From: Eledone cirrhosa
Taxonomy: Eukaryota
DNA length: 64,000 bases
Assembly: GCA_964016885.1 (NCBI GenBank)
Contig: OZ024747.1
Span: 53,816,001 to 53,880,000 of the forward strand
Direction: 5' to 3'
The notes beneath the pieces were generated by a model. That model had not been told where the DNA came from. It worked only from the letters and a program-made list of their open reading frames with translations, and did not search any database. The position numbers were made by a program, and so were the translations under genes. Numbering within the stretch: position 1 is the first letter of the stretch; each line of letters opens with the position of its first letter. Of this stretch, positions 56,330-64,000 are shown one piece after another.

Positions 56330-56421
56330 ATTAATAAATATTTGCTCTACGGTTCTTATATATTTGATATATATTTATCCTTATCGAGCCCTCTTTGGAT
56401 TTTAGTCTTCAATTTTATTAT

Positions 56422-56511
<90 letters not shown>

Positions 56512-57285
56512 TAACAAATGGAAACTATATTTATAAAACCATATTTATTTCATTATACATATTTCAAGGGCCACCAAAGCTATTGAAACAGCTAAAGCTC
56601 ACCAATCAAATCCTGACACTTTATAATATATACATATATATATATAAATGTATGCATGTATGTAATGTCCTCTGATTATATAAAGGTATACCATTGGGGT
56701 TCTTTATACCAACACACACACACACACACTCACACACACATTGACACACATTCACTCAGACACATATATTTTTATATCTTTGCTTTTGAGTGTGTGTGAG
56801 TGAATGTGTGTAACCATGCATGAATCTAAATACTTATATGTTTACTTCAAGAAAATATAGACAGATATATACATCAAATATCAAACCAAGTCAGGTATTA
56901 AAGCAATGAAAAAAGCTGGAAATTATTTCTTGTTAAAAAATGTTGTTATTTCAAACTGAGAATATGTGTATATCCAAATTCAGCTAGCAGGGAAAACTGA
57001 TCTTAGAAGATGATGATAATATGTAAAATATTCATATATATATCATCATCATCATCATCATTGATGATTATGTATATACAAATATATGTATCAGGATAAA
57101 ACAGGTTTAAAAGTACATAGACCATTACTCAACAGAGTATTCGATACTTAGGGTAGTATAGCATGGCTATATTATAAAGAGACGGGACCCAACAGCTAAC
57201 CTTTTATCATTTCAATAGCTAGTTCCAGACTGGTCTGAAACAGCAAAAGCTCACCAATCAAGTCCTGACACTTTATAATATATAC

Positions 57286-57358
<73 letters not shown>

Positions 57359-57395
57359 ATTAAACAAATGGAAACTATATTTATAAAACCATATT

Positions 57396-57461
57396 TATTT
57401 CATTATACATATTTCAGGGATACCATATTAAAAATATGGCATGCCTTCGTCAGATAAAATA
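57396..57461 (-). ncRNA. Type I hammerhead ribozyme
   Basis: Reverse complement of 57648-57713. Confidence 0.82.
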
Positions 57462-57647
57462 CAATATATAAACAGTTTTATAAATAATTTTGACGTACCA
57501 TAAATATAAGCGACCATTAAGATAGGAGGCTGGCTTGGTAGTACCAAGCCAGCCTCCTATCTTAATGGTACCAAGCCAGCCTCCTATCTTAATGGTCGCT
57601 TATATTTATGGTACGTCAAAATTATTTATAAAACTGTTTATATATTG

Positions 57648-57713
57648 TATTTTATCTGACGAAGGCATGCCATATTTTTAATATGGTATCCCTGAAATAT
57701 GTATAATGAAATA
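57648..57713 (+). ncRNA. Type I hammerhead ribozyme
   Basis: tattttat-CTGACGA-aggcatgccatatt ttt aatatggtatccct-GAAA-tatgta-TA-atgaaata. Confidence 0.82.
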
Positions 57714-57841
57714 AATATGGTTTTATAAATATAGTTTCCATTTGTTTAATATCGTATATCTACTCCAAAAACTTGTCGAGTGCTTTATATCGGTTATAAA
57801 ATATTTACTTGTTGTAACCCAACAATTTTAAATAAAACTTT

Positions 57842-57889
<48 letters not shown>

Positions 57890-57969
57890 TTATTCCAGGT
57901 TCAATCGGAGGTAACCACAGTAAGTAAGGTACTCAATACATAACAGAGTATAAATGTTTAATATAGAAA

Positions 57970-58020
57970 AGCTTCTACAGGACTAGAACTGTTTCATTCG
58001 TGCAAAATCATCAGGAAGCT
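57970..58020 (-). ncRNA. Type I hammerhead ribozyme in the 3' pLTR
   Basis: agcttc-CTGATGA-ttttgcacgaat-GAAA-cag ttctagtc ctg-TA-gaagct. Confidence 0.82.
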
Positions 58021-58747
58021 GACTGTCCAAGTAAATATGGTGGTATTTATATCTTTTCTGGTGGTAGGAGGAGGTGGGGATTGGGTTGGGTGGAGGTCAT
58101 TGGTTGATGGGTTTAAAAAAAAGGAATTCTTTAAAAGCTAATTCTTTAAAGTGACAAAGGCAGAAAGAATTCTATAAACAAGTTCAGATTGCAGTACCAC
58201 TCCTTATTTTTAAGTTTTCTCTTCAGCTAACAATGCCTGTATTTCAGGTGTCTACAGGATGGGTGGAGGTCATGGTTGGGGTTTAAAGAAAGGGGAATTC
58301 TTTAAAGCTAATTCTTTAAAACTGTATTAAGAGTGACAAAGGCGGAAAGAATTCTATAAGCAGGTTCAAGTTTGGGGTGCCTCTAATTATTGTTAAGTTT
58401 CTCTTAATCTATTTTTCAGGTGTTTTCAAGCACATTCTCACACACACACACACAGACACACAGACGCAGAGACACACACACACATATACATACACATACA
58501 CACATACATATATATATGTACACATACATACATACATCTACAGACATACATATATATACACACATATACACATATATATATATGTACACATATGTATACA
58601 TATACATATAAATATATATATATACACATATACAAATACATACATACACACACATATATATATATATATGTGTGTGTATATATACACACAGGCACACATA
58701 TATATACATACACACATGCACATACATATATATATATCTATCTATAC

Positions 58748-58782
<35 letters not shown>

Positions 58783-58937
58783 CACATACATATATATAAA
58801 CACAGATATATATATATAAAACCTTTTTCTCCCACACATTCGCAAAAACCACACTCTTATACCCATATATGTATATACACACACACAGTCACACACACCC
58901 GTGAAAATCTTTTTAGCCATGTAGCATCAACACTGGC

Positions 58938-59900
58938 TTAAGGTATTTGAAAGTTTTTGTACATGCAATTCGGGCAGTATTCAGAGAGTTTGTTCAGTAG
59001 CAGGCCCTTGGCAAACACTATTTCATAACTCTCTGAAATACAAAGGTCACAGCACTTGTGTCCTCCCTTGTATGAGCGCGCTTTCTGGAGTATTTTCCAT
59101 TTAAGCGTGAAGGAGGTGGAGTTCCTTTTGAGGTCCCAGACATAGGTGGCGAGTGTTGTCTGATTTGATTTGCCCGGTCTTCTGAAAGAGTGGGTATGGG
59201 CGTACCACCAGGTCTTAAAATTATTGGAAGTCATGCCGATGTAAGTCTTTTTGTTGTTGTCGTCATCGGTGCCTGAGATGACATCACATTTGTATGTCAT
59301 TTGTCAAGCATTTGTTTTCAAGTGGGCAGGCTTCCTTATTTTGGCAATTGCACAAGGCTCCCGTCCGGAGATTGGGTTTGGAGATTGTAGTCTTATTTAT
59401 TATTGTAGAGTTGAGATTGGCTATATTCCTAGCTAGGTTAGCCTAGGTTAGGTGTAGTGGAGAAGGAAAGCCTTATTGTATTCTTATTATTGTGTGGGGA
59501 AGGGTATGTTCAACAAATTGAAGAAAGTCCTAGCTATAGGTGTAGAGGCCTCTCTATTGAAAGGGGGGGGAGGGGTTGTACCAACTAATGTGCCTATGCA
59601 TATTCCTCCTAGGTAGTCTTGGGGTGGTTTCTAGGTAAGTGATCTTTTCTTTAAATCCGCTGCGGGCGAGGGCATCGTTGTAGTAGGAGGCAGAGGTGTT
59701 AAAGATATCTTCATTGGCCGAGAGGCAGGAGATTCTGATTGAGATGCTTTTTACTAAGTTATCTGTGATGTTTTTGGGGTGGTTAGAATTAACATTAATA
59801 TATCTAAGGGACTCGTTAGGTTTGTGGTACGGGTAATAGAGGGAAGTATCTAGGTCGAGAGTGACATTTAAAAAGTTGGCCCTAGTCACATTAGCCGTAC
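58938..59900 (-). pseudogene. PLE RT-thumb/GIY-YIG fragment with frameshifts
   Basis: TYKC...YIGMTSNNFK.W..H, CDLCISE, LLNK.SE; homologous to the C-terminus of the 2599 ORF. Confidence 0.88.
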
Positions 59901-59943
59901 TACAAACCGCTCCTACCACCAGAAAAAATATAAACACCACCAC

Positions 59944-59988
59944 CTGATGATTTCGCATGAATGAAACAGTTCTAGTCCTGTAGAAGCT
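59944..59988 (+). ncRNA. Hammerhead copy lacking the 5' strand of stem I
   Basis: CTGATGA-tttcgcatgaat-GAAA-cagttctagtcctg-TA-gaagct; the upstream agcttc is deleted. Confidence 0.65.
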
Positions 59989-60068
59989 TCTCTATATTAA
60001 AACATTTATACTCTGCTATGTATTGAGTATCTTACTTACTGTGGTTACCTCCGATTGAACCCGGAATT

Positions 60069-60115
<47 letters not shown>

Positions 60116-60194
60116 ATGTGTATGCGTGTATAGATATATATATATGTATGTACATATATAAATGTATATATGCATGTATGTGTGTATATATATA

Positions 60195-60776
60195 CTACTG
60201 GTAACATGTATCCCAGTACAACCTGTCTCATGGTCGTTGGCGACTAAACTGGCAACCCCACCAAGGTTTCTTGGTGAGGAGGGTGACTTTGGACATCCTG
60301 CAGGACTAAAAACAAAACCTGTCAAAAGGGCAAAGGAGCTCTTAAGAGTCAATGGCCATCCAAAATCACCGGGAGAGATGACACCTTAGCCTTTGTCAAG
60401 GCAAAATTCTAGAAGGAAAACTCTGATATAACACCTGCAACCCTGATGGTATCCAATGATGTTGACTTGTTCTTCTTTTTGGTAAATATCATCTTGGTTA
60501 AGAAGTGGGACTGGCTTTGTGCAGTGCCTTTGCTCACTATAAAAGCTTCACGGCACAGGCATTGCTTTATATCTGGAGATCTCTCTGCACTTGTCGTCAC
60601 ATGGTACCATGGGCCCAGCACTATGTGTCAATAATTGTCACAAGTGTAGTGTTTGTACCAGAGTTTTCAAGTCGCTAGCTGGACTAAAAAGTCACACTCA
60701 TTCAGCGCATCGGTAGGGGTTCTCCTACATGGATATACAGTAGTGGCCGTACTCGAAAACGAGTTGGCAGCCACCA
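60195..60776 (+). mobile_element. Probable internally deleted RTE-related element between TA tracts
   Basis: ggcgactaaactggcaaccccacc...aaaacctgtcaaaaggg resembles RTE leader sequences (from memory, unverified). Confidence 0.35.
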
Positions 60777-60925
<149 letters not shown>

Positions 60926-60944
60926 GTGTGTGTGTGTGTGTGTG

Positions 60945-61515
60945 TGTGACTGTGTCTGTGTGTGTGAGAATGTGCTTGAAGACACCTGAAAAATAGATTA
61001 AGTAAAACTTAACAATAAGGAGAGGCACCCCAAACTTGAACCTGCTTATAGAATTCTTTCTGCCTTTGTCACTCTTAATACAGTTTTAAAGAATTAGCTT
61101 TAAAGAATTCCCCTTTCTTTAAACCCCAACCATGACCTCCACCCATCCTGTAGACACCTGAAATACAGGCATTGTTAGCTGAAGAGAAAACTTAAAAATA
61201 AGGAGTGGTACTGCAATCTGAACTTGTTTATAGAATTCTTTCTGCCTTTGTCACTTTAAAGAATTAGCTTTTAAAGAATTCCTTTTTTTTAAACCCAACA
61301 ACCAATGACCTCCACCCAACCCAATCCCCACCTCCTCCTACCACCAGAAAAGATATAAATACCACCATATTTACTTGGACAGTCAGCTTCCTGATGATTT
61401 TGCACGAATAAAACAGTTCTAGTCCTGTAGAAGCTTTTCTATATTAAACATTTATACTCTGCTATGTATTGAGTACCTTACTTACTGTGGTTACCTCCGA
61501 TTGAACCCGGAATAA

Positions 61516-61518
<3 letters not shown>
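60945..61518 (+). mobile_element. Inverted copy of the PLE 3' UTR + pLTR (matches 57887-58460)
   Basis: About 570 bp near-identical reverse complement; its hammerhead (61385-61435) has GAAA>AAAA. Confidence 0.92.
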
Positions 61519-61551
<33 letters not shown>

Positions 61552-61743
61552 CCTTATCGAAGCTTTTCTATATTAAACATATATATATATATAATATAAA
61601 TATATATACCTATATACGTTAGAAAGCGAGAGAGATATGTAGCAAAAGATTTCCATGGATGTGAAAATGTAAGAAGGTAAACAGGGCTCGAATTAGTGTG
61701 AGAGCTTATATGTTATGTTCATACACTGAACAAGAAAGCCCTA

Positions 61744-61877
61744 CATCTGGTTTCAAGGTCCAGTTATGGCCATCTTTCCAGACTGTACAGGGTAGGGCAG
61801 AATACGTCGAGGAGTGACTCCTGCCCCACTGTGCAAAGTCTGGATAGATTGCCATAACTGGACCCTGAAACCTAATG
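61744..61877. other. About 130-bp imperfect hairpin, TA-flanked (MITE or structured RNA)
   Basis: ggtttcaaggtccagttatggc...gccataactggaccctgaaacc; arms pair over about 50 bp. Confidence 0.7.
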
Positions 61878-62060
61878 TAATGCTTTCTTGTTCTGTGAAT
61901 GAACTGACATAAATTATATTATGGTATGGAGTCAGTTCCACAATAAATTAGCCCTATTCGAGGACACAACCATAGATGGGTTGAAAATCCCGCTGGTGAT
62001 TTACAAATTTGTTGTAGAACTCTCTCTCTCTCTGTATATATGTTGACATATATATGTATC

Positions 62061-62091
<31 letters not shown>

Positions 62092-62217
62092 TAGGGTAAA
62101 TATTGATGCAATTCAATTCAAGCACTCAACGTACTTTTTCCACATAGGAGTGACGGAGTAAATATCGAGTAAGGAAAAGCGAAGTAGTTTCAGATGTTCA
62201 AGTCCTTTAATAATAAT

Positions 62218-62291
62218 GCTGTGATATATATTTCAGTGACGACACTGGCCACACTGTTCTGTGTGCGAGTGTCGTGTCATCATCAGACAGC
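62218..62291 (-). ncRNA. Type I hammerhead ribozyme
   Basis: gctgt-CTGATGA-tgacacgacact..cacac..gtgtg..agtgtcgtcact-GAAA-tatata-TC-acagc. Confidence 0.85.
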
Positions 62292-62426
62292 TTGTTACAT
62301 AAGAAGGTTATGTTTCCGAGGCAATCCAAATTGGATCAACATGGGAACGGATGAATTGCGTGTTTTTGGGTTTTTCATCCGATCCAATTTGGATTGCCTC
62401 GGAAACATAACCTTCTTATGTAACAA

Positions 62427-62500
62427 GCTGTCTGATGATGGCACGACACTCGCACACAGAACAGTGTGGCCAGTGTCCTCACTGAAATATATATCACAGC
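62427..62500 (+). ncRNA. Type I hammerhead ribozyme
   Basis: gctgt-CTGATGA-[45-nt stem II]-GAAA-tatata-TC-acagc; AUC cleavage triplet. Confidence 0.85.
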
Positions 62501-62547
62501 ATTATTATTAAAGGACTTGAACATCTGAAACTACTTCGCTTTTCCTT

Positions 62548-62588
<41 letters not shown>

Positions 62589-63403
62589 AAGAATTAGAAA
62601 TAGAAGTTAGGAATATCCATCATCAGTTGTCTACTAGGCATTATAGGTATTTCTTCGCATTACAGACAATGTATCTCCACCTAGGGCGATACAATAACTA
62701 AAATAAATTATTGGGATAAAAAGAGTTGGGTGGAGAAAGAGAAAGAGGGGCGAATTTTGATGAGGCGAACAAAGACACATCTTAACCGTACAGATGTGAG
62801 AGAGAAGAAAGACCACGTACAATGGAGGAAGTGAGAGAGAGGGTGAGTAGCAGAGAGTGAGTGAGTGAATGTGCGAGGAAGAGGCTAGCTGAAAGAGGGC
62901 GACTAGCAGAGAGGGTGACTGAAAGTAAGAGAGAGAAGGTGGAGAGAGAGAAAAAGGATAGCTGAAAGGGAAGAGAAAAAAGACAGGTCACAGCGAAGGC
63001 GAAAGCATATATGAATAAAAAATGGCCAGCTGTGTTGTTGCAATTAAGTATAAAAAAATGAAGAATATATATATTTATATAATTGAATATAAAAGAGACA
63101 TATATGTGTTCAAATCATAAGGGACCAGAATCGTCTGGGTGTCTGACAGTTGTCGCAATTTCGGTTTGTATCTCTTTTCTTAATTTATTATTTTAAATTG
63201 AGTCTGGCAAACCCTAATGTCCATAGTTAGTATTTTTTTCACCCTGGCGAATCTGGTCCCTTATGATTTGAACACATATATGTATATATCTCTGTTTATC
63301 TCTCTTTTATATTCAATTATAATACACGGTCTGGAAAAGTTTCTTTCCTTGAGCTATTTAATTGTAAAAGACTATTTTGAGTTTCTAACTCAATATATAC
63401 TTT

Positions 63404-63446
<43 letters not shown>

Positions 63447-63584
63447 GAGGTTATTAATTTGTTGGGATTCAACAAGCTTAAACATTTTTTTATAACTGAT
63501 ATAAAGCACTATCCAGGTAGCTCCAACCGTTAAGGTTGTCTTTTTTTTCCGGGTATGTCAATATTTATTTATAAAACAAATCTG

Positions 63585-63650
63585 TATTTTATCTGATGAA
63601 AGCGCACCATAATTTGCCTTGGTTGCCCTTGAAATATATATAATAAAATA
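63585..63650 (+). ncRNA. Type I hammerhead ribozyme, same pLTR family as 57648
   Basis: tattttat-CTGATGA-aagcgcacca..tggttgccctt-GAAA-tatata-TA-ataaaata. Confidence 0.82.
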
Positions 63651-63731
63651 AATATGGTTTTATAAATATAGTTTCCATTTATTAATATATTGAATATATA
63701 TATATATATATATATATGGGGGGTGGGGATC

Positions 63732-63770
63732 CTGATGATTTCCTTCAAATGAAACAGTTCTAGTCCTATA
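63732..63770 (+). ncRNA. Truncated hammerhead of the 57970 family
   Basis: CTGATGA-tttccttcaaat-GAAA-cagttctagtcct then (TA)n. Confidence 0.6.
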
Positions 63771-63814
63771 TATATATATATATAAATAAAATAGATGTTC
63801 TTTTGATCAATTAC

Positions 63815-63867
63815 ATTTTATTATACATGTTTCGGATGTACAACAGTACGTTCTCACCAGACAAAAT
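63815..63867 (-). ncRNA. Degenerate hammerhead
   Basis: attttgt-CTGGTGA-gaacgtac tgtt gtacatcc-GAAA-catgta-TA-ataaaat; A6>G. Confidence 0.55.
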
Positions 63868-64000
63868 ATAATGATACATGACATACCCTGGGATGTTAAA
63901 TGGTTAAGATTTAATCAAGGTAGTGATTAACCTAAGAGAAAATTTAACATTTATACCCTAATAATGAGAAAATGCGAAAACGTAATAAATTCAATAGAGA

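Larger units (their letters stand above)
57349..57845. mobile_element. Palindromic pLTR pair (arms about 190 bp) with a hammerhead on each strand
   Basis: 57349-57540 is inverted against 57569-57759; 27-bp duplication at the apex; TA tracts on both sides. Confidence 0.88.
57887..60075 (-). mobile_element. 5'-truncated Naiad-type PLE with a 3' pLTR and an inverted 5' pLTR
   Basis: RT thumb (FLNVTLDL, YHKP..YINVNSNHP) 59554-59900, CNCQNKEAC about 59325-59352, GIY-YIG 58938-59300; pLTRs at 57887-58070 (-) and 59911-60075 (+). Confidence 0.9.
62170..62548. mobile_element. Palindromic pLTR pair (168-bp arms, 43-nt spacer) with a hammerhead on each strand
   Basis: 62170-62337 is inverted against 62381-62548 with about 2 mismatches; followed by (TA)n. 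Confidence 0.9.

Noticed and set aside
62170-62548. A/G arm mismatches as ADAR-edited retrocopies
   Set aside because: Too few mismatches and mixed types (A/G, G/C, C/T) across the palindromes.

Overview
Repeat-saturated, AT-rich eukaryotic DNA with no recognisable host-gene exon. The SINE/LINE repertoire and the (TA)/(CA) microsatellite load suggest a cephalopod, probably octopus (inference). Almost all listed ORFs are microsatellite artefacts. Real coding content is transposon-derived: a near-intact Penelope-like retroelement (RT + GIY-YIG, Naiad-type CxCx5C motif; 2599-5032, one frameshift), a second truncated PLE (58938-59900), Tx1/L1, RTE and R4/Dong-like LINE fragments. There are also three tRNA-SINE families, a Helitron, hAT and piggyBac MITEs and many minisatellites, including a 5.4 kb 54-bp G-rich array. 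The most striking pattern is a set of hammerhead-ribozyme-bearing pLTR modules from several unrelated sequence families, inserted in (TA)n as head-to-head pairs. Some are near-perfect palindromes with a ribozyme on each strand, others are chimeras of two different families joined just upstream of the GAAA core (stem II). All alignments and folds were done by eye.
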